Of a stretch of DNA of 64,000 bases, positions 30,750 through 41,515 are shown piece by piece (within the stretch, counting starts at the first letter, position 1; each line of letters starts with the position of its first letter). The notes under the pieces are model-generated. The model did not search any database. It was not told the DNA's origin and worked only from the letters and a program-made list of their open reading frames with translations. A program made the translations under genes and the position numbers. The DNA is from an uncultured bacterium (GTDB lineage Bacteria; Krumholzibacteriota; Krumholzibacteriia; LZORAL124-64-63), in contig CAVSGO010000008.1 of the NCBI GenBank assembly GCA_963727525.1, forward strand, positions 203,585-267,584. Direction: 5' to 3'.

Positions 30750-31535
30750 TCAGGGGCGGATCGCGATGAGCGCCGCGAAGCGTCCGGCTGCGACACCCTC
30801 GCGTCGCCAGCTCCAGAAGCGCTCGCCCTGGCAGAGCGTACATACGCCGCTGCCCACGATCTGGTCCGACGGCACGCCCACGGCGCGGAGCTGGGCGACG
30901 TTGGCGGTCCAGAGGTCGAAGTGCCAGCGGTCGCCGCGTGGCGTGAAGTACCTGGCCGCGATGTCCCCCAGCGCCGCAAGGGCCTGTGCGCGCACCTCGG
31001 GGCCCACCTCGTAGCAGCACGGTCCGGCCGAGGGGCCGATCGCGGCGACGATGGTGTCGGGTTCCACGGCGAAATCGGCGACGAGGCGCGCCACCGTCGA
31101 CTCTGCGATACCCGCCACCGTGCTGCGCCACGACGCATGCGCGAATCCCACGGCCGGGCGTCCCGCGCGGTCGCGCCCGGCCACGAGAACCAGGGGGCAA
31201 TCGGCGCTGCGGCCGAGCACGGCCAGCCCGGGCGTGGCCGTCACGAGCGCGTCGGCCGGACCGGCGAGGCCGCCATGCGACGCGGCCAGCACCGCCCCGC
31301 CATGGACCTGCTTGACCCAGGCCACATCGCCGGCGCCGACGGCCGCGGCCGCGTGCCGCGCGCCCGCGGCGCAGCGGGGATCATCGCTGGAGTCGCCGAA
31401 GGCCGGCCCGTCGCGCGTGGTCACGCCGTGCGTCACGTCGGGCCACGCGGCGAGGAGGGCGAAGGTCCCGACAGGGAGGGGCCCGCTCTCGCCGATGGCG
31501 AAGGGCGGGCCGGGGAGCTGGCTCGGTGCGGCCAT
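30750..31535 (-). CDS. pgeF: YfiH/PgeF laccase-domain (purine nucleoside phosphorylase) family protein
   Basis: [42 protein letters not shown]. Confidence 0.85.
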   Translation of the reverse strand: MAAPSQLPGPPFAIGESGPLPVGTFALLAAWPDVTHGVTTRDGPAFGDSSDDPRCAAGARHAAAAVGAGDVAWVKQVHGGAVLAASHGGLAGPADALVTATPGLAVLGRSADCPLVLVAGRDRAGRPAVGFAHASWRSTVAGIAESTVARLVADFAVEPDTIVAAIGPSAGPCCYEVGPEVRAQALAALGDIAARYFTPRGDRWHFDLWTANVAQLRAVGVPSDQIVGSGVCTLCQGERFWSWRREGVAAGRFAALIAIRP

Positions 31536-32821
31536 CAGAAGTTGAACTGATCCATGAACTGGAACGTCCAGGCGTGCACGCGCTCCTTCGCCGCCTCGAA
31601 CCGGAGCTGCCAGGTCGCGACGTTCAGGTGCACGCCCGCGCCGAAGCTCTGCAGCGCGCGACCGGGATCCTCGTGCTCGCCCCAGGCGTCGCCCGCGTCC
31701 GCGAAGGCGTGCAGCCCGAAGCCCACGTTCTCGCCCGTCGTGGAGATGGGCATGAGGACGAGCGGGTAGCGGATCTCCACCGAGAGCAGGTAGCCCTCGT
31801 CGCCCTCGCGCTGGGCATAGGGTGCGCCGCGCACGGTCTCGGGGCCACCATAGAACAGGCGGCGCTCGATGGCGGCCGGTGCGTCGGCGAGCCGGCCGTA
31901 GGCGTGCAGCGCGAGGATGGCCGCCGTGGGCACGTCCACGAAGATCCGCGTGTCGCTGCTGACGAGCGTGAGGTCGGGGAAGCCGTTGTCGAGCCGGCGT
32001 TCCACCGCGAACTCCTGCATGATCCCCTGCCGCGGGTAGTAGGGATTGTCACGCGTATCCACGCCCACCACGCCGCGCAGGAGCCAGTCCTCACGCGTAC
32101 GGGCGGGCCGCAGGCTCGACGGGCCGGAATCGCCGGGAACCGTTTCCTCGTAGGGGTCGCGCTGGTCGAAGCTCTCGAACGCGCTGCCCATCTCGGCGTA
32201 GAACGGGCCGGCGAACCGCTGCCGCAGCGCGAGGCCCGCATGCCAGGTGCGATCATCGAATGGTCGGAACACGAAGCCGCCCTGTTCCCACGCGCTCTCG
32301 AGGCGCAGGCTCAGGCCGTCGCGGCCGCCCAGCCAGGGCTTGGTCCATGCCGCGCTGAGTCTCTGGATCCGGTACGCGAGCACCTGCAACTCGAGCACTT
32401 CGCCGCGGCCGCGCAGGTTGCCGTCGCGCAGCCAGCCGCCCAGCAGATACTTGTGGCGACGGCTGAAACGCGCGTATGGTCCATAGTGCAGCGTCTTCTC
32501 CTCTTCCACCGACACCAGCAACGTCACCTCGCCGTCCTCGTCCTCGCGATCGAGATCGACGAAGGCGAAGAACCCACTATCCTCGAGACGATCCCACACC
32601 GTGTCGAAGAGCCTGTCGGGAAAGGGCTGCCCGATGGTCACGCCCATCACCCGCAGCACGATGTCGCGGCCGGTGTGCGTGTTGCCCTCCACGACGACAT
32701 CGCGCAGGACGGGCGCCGGCACGTCGGCCGCGGTTGCGGCGGTGGCGACGAGGAGCAGGCAGGCGGCGAACATACGGGCAGGCCACGGCGTCCACGCCGC
32801 AGCGATCCGGAACGTAGGCAT
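31535..32821 (-). CDS. BamA/TamA (Omp85) family outer-membrane protein
   Basis: POTRA-like EGNTHT, DTRDN, GGPETVRGA, C-terminal Phe. Confidence 0.8.
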   Translation of the reverse strand: MPTFRIAAAWTPWPARMFAACLLLVATAATAADVPAPVLRDVVVEGNTHTGRDIVLRVMGVTIGQPFPDRLFDTVWDRLEDSGFFAFVDLDREDEDGEVTLLVSVEEEKTLHYGPYARFSRRHKYLLGGWLRDGNLRGRGEVLELQVLAYRIQRLSAAWTKPWLGGRDGLSLRLESAWEQGGFVFRPFDDRTWHAGLALRQRFAGPFYAEMGSAFESFDQRDPYEETVPGDSGPSSLRPARTREDWLLRGVVGVDTRDNPYYPRQGIMQEFAVERRLDNGFPDLTLVSSDTRIFVDVPTAAILALHAYGRLADAPAAIERRLFYGGPETVRGAPYAQREGDEGYLLSVEIRYPLVLMPISTTGENVGFGLHAFADAGDAWGEHEDPGRALQSFGAGVHLNVATWQLRFEAAKERVHAWTFQFMDQFNF

Positions 32822-32859
32822 GATCCTCCCTCGACCGTGGGGGGACAGTCAGCAGCGGG

Positions 32860-33591
32860 TCAGCGGTTATTATCGTCAGGACCGACGAATTGTCCAGTGG
32901 CCTCCGAGACCTGCTCGGTCACGGGCGGTTGCCGCGTGTACGTCGCGAGATTCGTGCACACCAGGCCGAAATCCTCGAGATCGTCAGTCAGGCAGTCCGC
33001 GCGCAGGTCGGCCAGCAGGGTCTGCACCGTCACGGGATCTACGGCGCGATCGGCGGCGAGCTGCGTGAGATGGGCCTCCAGTCGCGAACGCACGAGCGTG
33101 TCGAGCACCTGCCGCAGGAATGGCGGCTCGAACGACGGCACGCCGCGCAGGAACGACTCCCAGAAGGCGACGGGGCCGGTCACGGTGAGCGAGCATGCGC
33201 CGATGAACGGGATGGGGCAGCGCACGCAGCCGGGACCGTCGATCCAGAGGGTGGCGTCGTCGCGCCACCGCCAGCTGATGGGCTCGTCCATGTGGACGAA
33301 GGTGAGGCGTCCGGGCGCGGTCTCGCGGGGGCCATCACCCACCTGCAGATGGTGCGTGCCGGCGAGGAAGACGCCCTTCAGGTCGCCGTCACGCTCGAGC
33401 AAGCCTACCTGGTGCTCGGCGAGGTGCAGGACGAGGCGATGACCGGCAAAGAAGGCGAGGTCGAGGGGGCCCTGGAGCACGCCCTGAGACGGATCGACTG
33501 TCCACTCGCGCACTTGATCGGCGTCGTCGTGCGCCTCCCAGGTCCGTTCGCGAGCCAGAGCTTTGGGTACGTGATGATCGGTCCGCGCCAT
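32860..33591 (-). CDS. Hypothetical protein (possibly SPFH-like)
   Basis: Co-oriented ORF in operon context; weak resemblance only. Confidence 0.55.
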   Translation of the reverse strand: MARTDHHVPKALARERTWEAHDDADQVREWTVDPSQGVLQGPLDLAFFAGHRLVLHLAEHQVGLLERDGDLKGVFLAGTHHLQVGDGPRETAPGRLTFVHMDEPISWRWRDDATLWIDGPGCVRCPIPFIGACSLTVTGPVAFWESFLRGVPSFEPPFLRQVLDTLVRSRLEAHLTQLAADRAVDPVTVQTLLADLRADCLTDDLEDFGLVCTNLATYTRQPPVTEQVSEATGQFVGPDDNNR

Positions 33592-33594
33592 GAT

Positions 33595-34122
33595 TCAATT
33601 CCTCCTCGGCCAGCTGAATTCCGATTCCCAGCCCAGACCGAGCAGGAAATTGCGTTGCTCGGTCGTCTGACTGAAATCCGCGAGATCGTGCAACAAGTGC
33701 GGCGCCTCGCGCAGGAACCACGCGGCCTCCGGCAGGTTGTCGGCCAGCTTGCGTGTCAGGCGCAGGGCCTGCTCCACGAGCAGGATCAGTCGCACGTCGA
33801 GTTCCTCGAGCTCGGCGATCGTGGCCTCGCGTTCGCCGACGAGATACACCTGCCCCTCGCGGTCGAGACGCCGGAAGATCGAGCCGATGACGTCGATCAG
33901 GCCATCGATCATGCCCTCCTGCTCATCGCTCAGCAGGTGCGCGTGATTCTCGGCGATACCCAGCAGGTGGTCCCCGCAATCCTTCAGCAGGCGTCCCAGC
34001 GCGTGGCGAAAGCTCTGTTCGCCGAGCACCGCGTCCCGGCGGGAGCGGTAGCGTCCGTACTCGGGCATGTGTTCGATCAGGGAGGTCAGCTCGAAGGGGC
34101 TCATCCGCGCGGCCGACGTCAT
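33595..34122 (-). CDS. Hypothetical helical protein
   Basis: SD AGGAG before ATG 34122; plausible composition. Confidence 0.65.
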   Translation of the reverse strand: MTSAARMSPFELTSLIEHMPEYGRYRSRRDAVLGEQSFRHALGRLLKDCGDHLLGIAENHAHLLSDEQEGMIDGLIDVIGSIFRRLDREGQVYLVGEREATIAELEELDVRLILLVEQALRLTRKLADNLPEAAWFLREAPHLLHDLADFSQTTEQRNFLLGLGWESEFSWPRRN

Positions 34123-34396
34123 GATGTCTCTCCTGCAGAGGCTGCGACCGTGGGCAGGGGCAACCGTGTTGCGGTCTGCCCGGATGCCGATGCGTTGCTC
34201 CCGGAATGGCAAGGAACGTTCCGGCGCAGCGAGACGGGCCGCGCCTTCGTCGGATGGCCTGGGAAACCTTGGTGAATACGGGAGTTGCGCGAATGCGCCC
34301 GGGCAGGAACAGTCGTGGCACCGCCACGGTGGCCCCCCGCACCATGGCAGATCGCCTCCGCGCGGGGCTATCGGGTCCGATCCTGCAAACCTGCGG

Positions 34397-35293
34397 CTAC
34401 CAGCGCCCGACGGGGTTGACGAGGCGTCCGATACCCTCGATGGCCACCTCGATCGTGTCGCCCGGCTTCAGGAAGACCGGCGGGTCGCGGAATACGCCCA
34501 CGCCGCCGGGCGTGCCCGTGGCGATGATGTCGCCCGGCAGCAGCGTCATGGACCGGCTGATGTAGGCGATCAGGGCGAACGGGCCGAAGATGAGCTGCTC
34601 CGTGTTGCTGTCCTGCATCACGGTGTCGTTCCAGCGGCCGGTGATGCGCAGGCCGCGCGCCTGTGCGGGCAACTCGTCGGGCGTGACGATCCAGGGCCCG
34701 CAGGGGCCCCCGGTGTCGATGCTCTTGCCGCGGAACCACTGCTTGTCGGCGTACTGGGCCTGACGGTTGGATACGTCGTTGAAACACGTGTAGCCGGCGA
34801 TATGGTCGGCGGCGTCGCGCTCGCTGATCGCGCGACCCGGCTTGCCGACGATCACGCCCAGTTCGGCCTCGGCGTCGACCTGCGTGAGGTCATCCGTGAG
34901 TTTGATCGGCAAACCCGGTGCCTGCAGGCAGCTCGGCGCCTTCGAGAAGAGGAGGGGCGCCTCGGGTAGCGGCTTGTTCTGCTCCAGCGCGTGGTCGCGG
35001 TAATTCAACCCCACGCACACGATCTTCGACGGCAACAGCACCGGGGCCAGCAATTGCACGCGCGGCAGCGCCACGAACGGTAGCGTCACGTCGTCGGCCG
35101 CTGTGCTGCCCAGTTCGGCGGCGCGCGCCGCATACTTGTCGTGGATGCGCCGCACCGTGTCCATGTCCTGGAAGAGCACGTGCCAGTTGCCGGGCAGGGT
35201 CGGGTCGGCAGCCAGCAGATCGAGGCCGAGGGTCTCGCTGTAGGCGAGGCCGGGCCGCGTCTGGGTGCCTTGCGTGAACGTGATGAGCCTCAT
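34397..35293 (-). CDS. Fumarylacetoacetate hydrolase family protein
   Basis: KIVCVGLNYRDH, DAEAELG, NDVS.R, GKS.DT, GDIIATGTPGGVG. Confidence 0.93.
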   Translation of the reverse strand: MRLITFTQGTQTRPGLAYSETLGLDLLAADPTLPGNWHVLFQDMDTVRRIHDKYAARAAELGSTAADDVTLPFVALPRVQLLAPVLLPSKIVCVGLNYRDHALEQNKPLPEAPLLFSKAPSCLQAPGLPIKLTDDLTQVDAEAELGVIVGKPGRAISERDAADHIAGYTCFNDVSNRQAQYADKQWFRGKSIDTGGPCGPWIVTPDELPAQARGLRITGRWNDTVMQDSNTEQLIFGPFALIAYISRSMTLLPGDIIATGTPGGVGVFRDPPVFLKPGDTIEVAIEGIGRLVNPVGRW

Positions 35294-35388
35294 GGCGGCA
35301 TTATGGTGGGGAACGTGCGGGATGTCTGCAATAAATTCGCCGAGCCCGCAGGGGCGGGCCCGGCGATCGTGGGTTACCGGGGTCGCGG

Positions 35389-35784
35389 CTACCTGACCTC
35401 GATCTTTCGCGGCAGGCTCCTGGTGCTCTTGGGCAGCGTGATCGACAGCACGCCGTCCTGCATTTCGGCCTGGATGTTGTCGGTCTCCACCGCGGTGCCG
35501 AGGGAGAAACTGCGGCGGAAGACGACCTTGTCGACCATCTCGCGTCGGCGGACCTTGTAGCCCTCGGGCAGGCTGAAAGTGCGCTCGGCCTTGACGTTCA
35601 GCATGTCGTCCTCGACGTTGATCTCCAGATCCTCGTTGCGAACGCCCGTGAGATCCATCACGATCCGGAAGTCCTTCTCGCCCTCGAGGATGTCGGCGCG
35701 CGGCGTGCGCTCGTTCGAAACGGCGGGCCAGAGGTTGGCGTCACTGTTCTCGAGCGCTTGGAAGAGAGTGGTCAGCGGGTACAT
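35389..35784 (-). CDS. Hsp20/alpha-crystallin small heat-shock protein
   Basis: PRADILE, FRRSFSL, IQAEMQDGVLSITLPK; SD AGGAGG. Confidence 0.92.
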   Translation of the reverse strand: MYPLTTLFQALENSDANLWPAVSNERTPRADILEGEKDFRIVMDLTGVRNEDLEINVEDDMLNVKAERTFSLPEGYKVRRREMVDKVVFRRSFSLGTAVETDNIQAEMQDGVLSITLPKSTRSLPRKIEVR

Positions 35785-35992
35785 GGTCGATCCTCCTGGT
35801 TTCTGTCCTGTGTCGTCCTGCTTATTGCGGCGGGGCTGTCGCCCCACGTTGACTCGCTTGCCCCAGGCCAATACAACCGGCGTGCCGAACGCCAGGATCC
35901 AGGTAAAAATTGTATAACTCGCTGCCATTGAATGGTTTGAAATACTCCTCCGTCCGCCGGTCGACGCTCTGGTCTGACACCGGGCCGCAGCC

Positions 35993-37732
35993 GTGACAGT
36001 CCGCTCATGTCACACTGGCAGTTTGCGATGGCGATCTGTCAGCGTCTTGTTCCTCCTCGCCGCGATCGCCGTCGCCTCCACCGTCGGCGCCGCGACGGTC
36101 GCGACCACGGTACCCCTGCGGATCGGGACCATTCGTATCGAGCGCGACGATATCTTCTCCACAGAAGAGATCGCCGCGGCCCACGGCCTGAATCGCCTGG
36201 TGCGGCGTACGATGAACGCTCTGCACGTCAGCACCCGCCCGTGGGTGATCCGCAAGGAGCTGCTCTTCGCCGCCGGGGACACCCTCGATACGGCCCGGCT
36301 CGAGGAGACGGCGCGCAACCTGCGTAGCCTGGGCATCCTGGCCGGCGTGACGGTGACCCCTGTGGACACCACGGCCGATGGAAGGGTGACGGTGGCGGTG
36401 CGCTACCGGGAGTCGTGGACACTCACCTCGGGTGTCAGTTTCGCGCTCGCGTCGGACGGCAGTGCGCGCTGGCGCGCCGATGCCACCGAGCAGAATTTCC
36501 TGGGACAGGGCGTAGCCCTGCGCGCCACCGTCGGACAAGACGCCGATGCGTCCTACGGCAGCCTCGCCTTTCGCCAGGACCGCTTCCTCAAGTCGCCCTT
36601 CTCCCTCGAGCTGAACTACGACGACCGCTCCGACGGCTATTACCGCTGGGCCCGCGCGATGCTGCCCTTCCGCAGCGACGACCAGGCGTGGATGGCGCTC
36701 GCGCACGGATGGCAGGACAACCGGGAGGTTCGCTGGTACCTCAGCCACACCGATCACGGCGTCGCCGCGGACGACGAAGCGAGCCTCTATGCCCTGCTGC
36801 CGCGTCGCTATGACGGTTTCGAGCTGCTGGGCGGACGGCACGTCGGCCCCACCCGGCGCGGGCGAGTATGGCGGATCGGTGCCGGCGTGCATGTCGAGCA
36901 TCTGCGCTACGATTTGCGTCACGGTCTGTTCGAGCTGTCCGACGATCGCGTGGTCGATCTCTCCGACCTCGGCGAGGCGGGCAGTCCGCTCGCTCGGGTC
37001 ACCGGCACCGCCGTATGGCCGCTGGTGTGGCTGCAGACACAGGGGCGCACCTGGACCACGGCGCACTACGTGATGCGCTACGGCGACCAGGAAGACCTGC
37101 CTCTCGATCCCGTACTCGAATTGCGGGTAGGGCCGCAAGGGCCCGCCGTCGGCTCGACGACCCCCGGTGCAGCGAGCTGGCGGGTGAAGGCCAACGCGGA
37201 CGACTGGTCGCGACTGGGACCCAGCTTCGTCTATGTCCACCTCGAGACGGACGCCGTCCTGGCCGAGCGGGAGACGCGCCACGGTTACGGTGAAGCGCTC
37301 GTCAGCCTGTTCTGGCACCATACCGACGGCGCGCGGCCACCCATCACCCGCGTCACGGCCGAGGCGGTGCGCGCCTGGAACCAGCGCGGCGAGCTGCTAC
37401 CGGTTCTCGGCCTCGATCGCGGGCTGCGCACGCTCGCGCTCGACGGCATGGCCGGCGACCGTCTCGTGCGCTGGAACGTGGAGCACGGACAGCCGCTGCC
37501 TCTCGTGCTCCTCGGGATGTTCCAGATGGGCTGGGCGGCGTTCTACGATGGTGGGGTGGCCCGGTTCGGGGACGAACCGCGGGGCGTCGCCGACGCGCGC
37601 CAGGAGCTGGGCGTAGGCTTGCGCCTGGGTGCCACGCGCTCGGGCGCGGCCGATGTCGCCCGCATCGATCTCTCGTGGTCGCTCGACGGAGGCGGCCCGG
37701 TGATCACCAGTGTTGCTCGCGGGTTTTTCTGA
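35993..37732 (+). CDS. POTRA-containing outer-membrane beta-barrel protein (Omp85-like)
   Basis: TRPWVIRKELLF..GD..D..RLEETARNLR, EQNFLGQG, C-terminal FF. Confidence 0.75.
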   Translation: MTVRSCHTGSLRWRSVSVLFLLAAIAVASTVGAATVATTVPLRIGTIRIERDDIFSTEEIAAAHGLNRLVRRTMNALHVSTRPWVIRKELLFAAGDTLDTARLEETARNLRSLGILAGVTVTPVDTTADGRVTVAVRYRESWTLTSGVSFALASDGSARWRADATEQNFLGQGVALRATVGQDADASYGSLAFRQDRFLKSPFSLELNYDDRSDGYYRWARAMLPFRSDDQAWMALAHGWQDNREVRWYLSHTDHGVAADDEASLYALLPRRYDGFELLGGRHVGPTRRGRVWRIGAGVHVEHLRYDLRHGLFELSDDRVVDLSDLGEAGSPLARVTGTAVWPLVWLQTQGRTWTTAHYVMRYGDQEDLPLDPVLELRVGPQGPAVGSTTPGAASWRVKANADDWSRLGPSFVYVHLETDAVLAERETRHGYGEALVSLFWHHTDGARPPITRVTAEAVRAWNQRGELLPVLGLDRGLRTLALDGMAGDRLVRWNVEHGQPLPLVLLGMFQMGWAAFYDGGVARFGDEPRGVADARQELGVGLRLGATRSGAADVARIDLSWSLDGGGPVITSVARGFF

Positions 37733-37788
37733 GTTAATCTGATCGCGCCCGCGTCCGCGGCAGTGGATGGTACGGGGGAGGAACTCGC

Positions 37789-39312
37789 GTGTCGGCCACG
37801 GCTTCTCGCAGCGTCGCGAAGAACACCGTCCTGCTCACCCTCGGGGTGATGTCGGGGCGCATCCTCGCGCTCTTCATCCAGAAGAAGATGACGCCGATCC
37901 TCGGCCCGGACGGGATGGGCATCTTCGCACTGGCCACCGACCTCACGTCGATCTTCCTGGTGATCACGAATTTCGGTCTCGGCACGCTGATGACGCGCGA
38001 GGTCACCAGGAACCGCGGGAACTCGGGCGCCGTGCTCTGGGGCGCCATGCAGGTCCGGCTGGCGCTCGGCGTTCTGGGCTATCTCGGCATGATCGCTTAC
38101 ATCGCCATCAGTCGCGAGGCGCCGCTGACCCGCGCCGCCGTGCTCGTCACCGGGCTCACGCTCTTCGTCGAGTCGGGCGCGATGGCCTGCGATGCGGTGC
38201 TGCAGGGCCACGACAAGGTGATTCACCAGACGACGAGCCAGTTCGTATCGGCCGCCGTGTACTTCGTGCTTGGACTCTGGTTCCTCGATCTCGGCTGGGG
38301 CGTGATGGGCGTGATCTGGGCGAATCTGGCCAGTCGCGTGGCGCGCCTGCTCGTGATTGCACCGTTGATGTTCCGCAACTGCGGCCCCTGGCGCTGGCGG
38401 ACGGCGAGCGGCGAGGGATCGAGCGTGATGTGGATGCTCAAGCTCGGCCTGCCGATGTTCCTGGCCACCACCTTCGGCATCATCTCCTACAAGGTCGACA
38501 CCGTCATGCTCAGCGCCATGGTCGGCAAGGCGGCCACGGGTATCTACTTCCTCGGCCATCGTGCCCTCGACGTGCTGCTCATCGCCCCGAACATCTTCGC
38601 CACAGCCTTCTTTCCGGCGCTGGCCCGCTACGCGACGCAGTCGGATTCCGACACCGTGCGCATGGGCGAGCGGGCGCTGCGCTTCATGGTGATCCTCGCC
38701 CTGCCCCTCTCGCTCTTCTTCACCTTCGTGTCCGGACCGATCATCGACTGGTTCGCCCGCGGCACCGACGACGCCAGCCCCGTCACCTTCGCGGCCTCGG
38801 TGCACGTGATGCGGATCGTGGTCTGGGGCTTGCCGTTCGTGGCCATCAACCACGTCTTCAACCGGCTGCTCATCACCGCGGGGCGCGAGCGGGCGTTCAC
38901 GATCATCGGGCTCGTGGCCATGCTCGTGAACGTGACACTGAACACGTTGCTGATCCCCCGCTACACCTACTACGGGGCGGGTGTGGCCACCGTGATCAGC
39001 CTGGGGGTGAGTTGCATCATGCACGCCGCGTATCTGCGGCGCACGGCTCACCGGCCACCAATGCGACGCTCGCTGATCGGCGGGACGCTGGCGCTTGCGG
39101 TGGGCTGGTTCGCGACGGCGGCCCTGCTGCGCCTCCTGCATCCGGCCTGGTTCGCCGGCTGGTTCGCACTGCCCACCGATCGCGGGCTCCCGGCCTTCCT
39201 GGTGGCGTGCCTCCTGGCGGGCGTGTGCTATGTCGGCGCCATCTTCGGCCTGCGCGTCCTGAGGCGCGACGATCTGCAGCTCCTGGGGTCCCTGGTGACG
39301 CGTCGGGGTTGA
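37789..39312 (+). CDS. Polysaccharide flippase (Wzx/MOP family)
   Basis: VAKNT, FGLGTLMTREV, KVDTVML, LNTLLIPRY..YGAGVAT. Confidence 0.9.
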   Translation: MSATASRSVAKNTVLLTLGVMSGRILALFIQKKMTPILGPDGMGIFALATDLTSIFLVITNFGLGTLMTREVTRNRGNSGAVLWGAMQVRLALGVLGYLGMIAYIAISREAPLTRAAVLVTGLTLFVESGAMACDAVLQGHDKVIHQTTSQFVSAAVYFVLGLWFLDLGWGVMGVIWANLASRVARLLVIAPLMFRNCGPWRWRTASGEGSSVMWMLKLGLPMFLATTFGIISYKVDTVMLSAMVGKAATGIYFLGHRALDVLLIAPNIFATAFFPALARYATQSDSDTVRMGERALRFMVILALPLSLFFTFVSGPIIDWFARGTDDASPVTFAASVHVMRIVVWGLPFVAINHVFNRLLITAGRERAFTIIGLVAMLVNVTLNTLLIPRYTYYGAGVATVISLGVSCIMHAAYLRRTAHRPPMRRSLIGGTLALAVGWFATAALLRLLHPAWFAGWFALPTDRGLPAFLVACLLAGVCYVGAIFGLRVLRRDDLQLLGSLVTRRG

Positions 39313-39400
39313 CCGGGCGGCGCGATTCCGCTAAACGGTGGAGGTCGTCATTCCGGCGTCGGCCCGGCCGGCGCGAGCCCGCACCCGCCGAGGTCCACCC

Positions 39401-41071
39401 ATGATGGAAGCGCTCCGCCAGCTCTCCGTGAACCTGTCCGGCGCCGTCTGGGGCTGGCCCGACGCCGTCCCGTTCATGGTGGGCGCCCTGCTGCTGACGG
39501 GCCTGTTCACCACGGCATCGCTGCGGTTCATCCAGCTACGCAAACTCAAGCACAGCCTCGACGTCATCCGCGGTCGCTACGACGACCCGAGCGACGAGGG
39601 CGACCTGTCCCACTTCCAGGCGCTGACCACGGCGCTGTCGGCGACCGTGGGCATCGGCAACATCGCCGGCGTGGCCACGGCGATCCACTACGGCGGCCCG
39701 GGCGCCCTCTTCTGGATGTGGGTGACGGCGGTGTTCGGCATGGCGCTGAAGTATGCCGAGTGCACGCTCTCCATGCGCTACCGGGTGATCCTCGCCGACG
39801 GTTCCGCCAGCGGCGGCCCGATGTACTACATCGAGCGCGGTCTGGGTCATCGCTGGAAACCCCTGGCCGTGGCCTTCGCCCTCTGCGCCGTGATCTGCAG
39901 CTTCGGCACCGGGAACGCCATCCAGGCCTTCACCGTGGCCGACCAGATCCGGGTCGACCTCGGGGTGCCGACCTGGATCACCGGCATCGTGTCGGCGTCG
40001 CTCGTGGCGGCCGTGATCCTGGGCGGGATCAAGCGCATCGGCGCGGTGACCAGCCGGCTCGTGCCATACATGGCGATCATCTATGCAGCCGGGGCCGTCC
40101 TGGTGCTCCTGCTGAACCTGCCGCGGATCCCGGCGATGATGGTCGAGATCGTCCGCTCGGCCTTCCAGCCGGCGGCCGGGCTGGGGGGATTCGCGGGCGG
40201 CACCTTCGTCTTCATGCTCACCTGGGGTGTGAAGCGCGGCCTCTTCAGCAACGAGTCGGGCCAGGGTTCGGCGCCCATCGCCCATGCCGCGGCCAAGACC
40301 GACGAACCGGTGCGCGAGGGCGTGGTGGCGATGATGGGTCCCCTCATCGACACCCTCATCATCTGCACGATGACCGGGCTCGTGATCCTCAGCACGGGTG
40401 TCTGGCACGAGCGGCGCGACATCGAGGTGCCGGTCAATGCCCAGTCGGCGATCACAGTGGTGGCGAGCGGTACCCAGGTCCTGCCCAATGGCCGGGTGCC
40501 CGAGAGGGAGCTGTTCACCGGCGCGTTGACGGTGACCGACGGCGCCCCGGCCGGCGCGGCCATCGTGGTGAATCACAGCGTCGTCGCGGCGCCCCGGCTG
40601 CGGCTGAACGGCCAGGCCTGGTCGGGCTCGCTGCCGGTCGACGGCGGCGCCATCGACCTGCCCACGGCCTCGGGCCTCACCCTTGCCGGCGGCATGGCGC
40701 TGAACGGGTCCCCCCTGACGGCCTGGGCGTTCGAACGCGGCCTGGCCAACGTGCTGGGGCGCTGGGGCTTCCTGATCGTGACCGTTGGCGTGGTCCTCTT
40801 CGGCATCTCCACGGCCATCAGCTGGAGCTACTACGGCGACCGGGCCATCTGCTACCTGGTAGGCCCGGGGTACGTGCGGCCCTACAAGATCTTGTACTGC
40901 ATCATGAACTTCCTGGGGGCCATCTTCTCCCTGGAGATCGTCTGGAACTTCGGCGACGCCGCCCTGGGTCTGATGGCGCTGCCGAACCTCCTGGCGCTCA
41001 TCCTCCTGAACGGGAAATTGCGGGCGATGACCCAGGAATACTTCAGCCGCGAGCACGTCCCGGACCGGTGA
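39401..41071 (+). CDS. Sodium:alanine symporter (AGCS family)
   Basis: FQALTTALSATVGIGNIAGVA, GGPGALFWMW, GGPMYYI, RGLFSNESGQGS, IDTLIICTMT. Confidence 0.95.
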   Translation: MMEALRQLSVNLSGAVWGWPDAVPFMVGALLLTGLFTTASLRFIQLRKLKHSLDVIRGRYDDPSDEGDLSHFQALTTALSATVGIGNIAGVATAIHYGGPGALFWMWVTAVFGMALKYAECTLSMRYRVILADGSASGGPMYYIERGLGHRWKPLAVAFALCAVICSFGTGNAIQAFTVADQIRVDLGVPTWITGIVSASLVAAVILGGIKRIGAVTSRLVPYMAIIYAAGAVLVLLLNLPRIPAMMVEIVRSAFQPAAGLGGFAGGTFVFMLTWGVKRGLFSNESGQGSAPIAHAAAKTDEPVREGVVAMMGPLIDTLIICTMTGLVILSTGVWHERRDIEVPVNAQSAITVVASGTQVLPNGRVPERELFTGALTVTDGAPAGAAIVVNHSVVAAPRLRLNGQAWSGSLPVDGGAIDLPTASGLTLAGGMALNGSPLTAWAFERGLANVLGRWGFLIVTVGVVLFGISTAISWSYYGDRAICYLVGPGYVRPYKILYCIMNFLGAIFSLEIVWNFGDAALGLMALPNLLALILLNGKLRAMTQEYFSREHVPDR

Positions 41072-41172
41072 CGGGGGTCGCAGAATCCCCCTTGTGCATG
41101 GGCCGGGATTGCCACTAGATTTCCGGCGGGATGGAGGATGGACACGGACATCAGGATGGAGGGTAACCGGGC

Positions 41173-41439
41173 ATGAGCCAGGCGTTTTGCTCCCATTGCG
41201 GCGGCGAGATCGAGGGCGTGGGCATCCGGCATCGGGGCCATCTCTTCTGCGGCGACGAGTGCTGCGATTCCTTCGAGGCGGAGTTCGTCTCCCGCGGTGT
41301 ACCCGGGGCGGACGAACTCGCAGACGACGACTTCGAGGACGACGAGGAATTCGAACTCGAGGATGAGGATTTCGAGGATGATGATGACCTGGATGACGAT
41401 GCTCTCGGATCCGACGGCGACGACGACCGCGACTACTAG
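41173..41439 (+). CDS. Small metal-binding (CxxC...CxxxC) protein with highly acidic tail
   Basis: CSHCG...FCGDECC followed by a long Asp/Glu run. Confidence 0.75.
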   Translation: MSQAFCSHCGGEIEGVGIRHRGHLFCGDECCDSFEAEFVSRGVPGADELADDDFEDDEEFELEDEDFEDDDDLDDDALGSDGDDDRDY

Positions 41440-41515
41440 CCACGAATAGCGATTGCTTGAAACGAAAGGCCGGGCGCCGCGGTGCGGTGCCCGGCCCGTT
41501 CGGTTTCGCGTCGCG

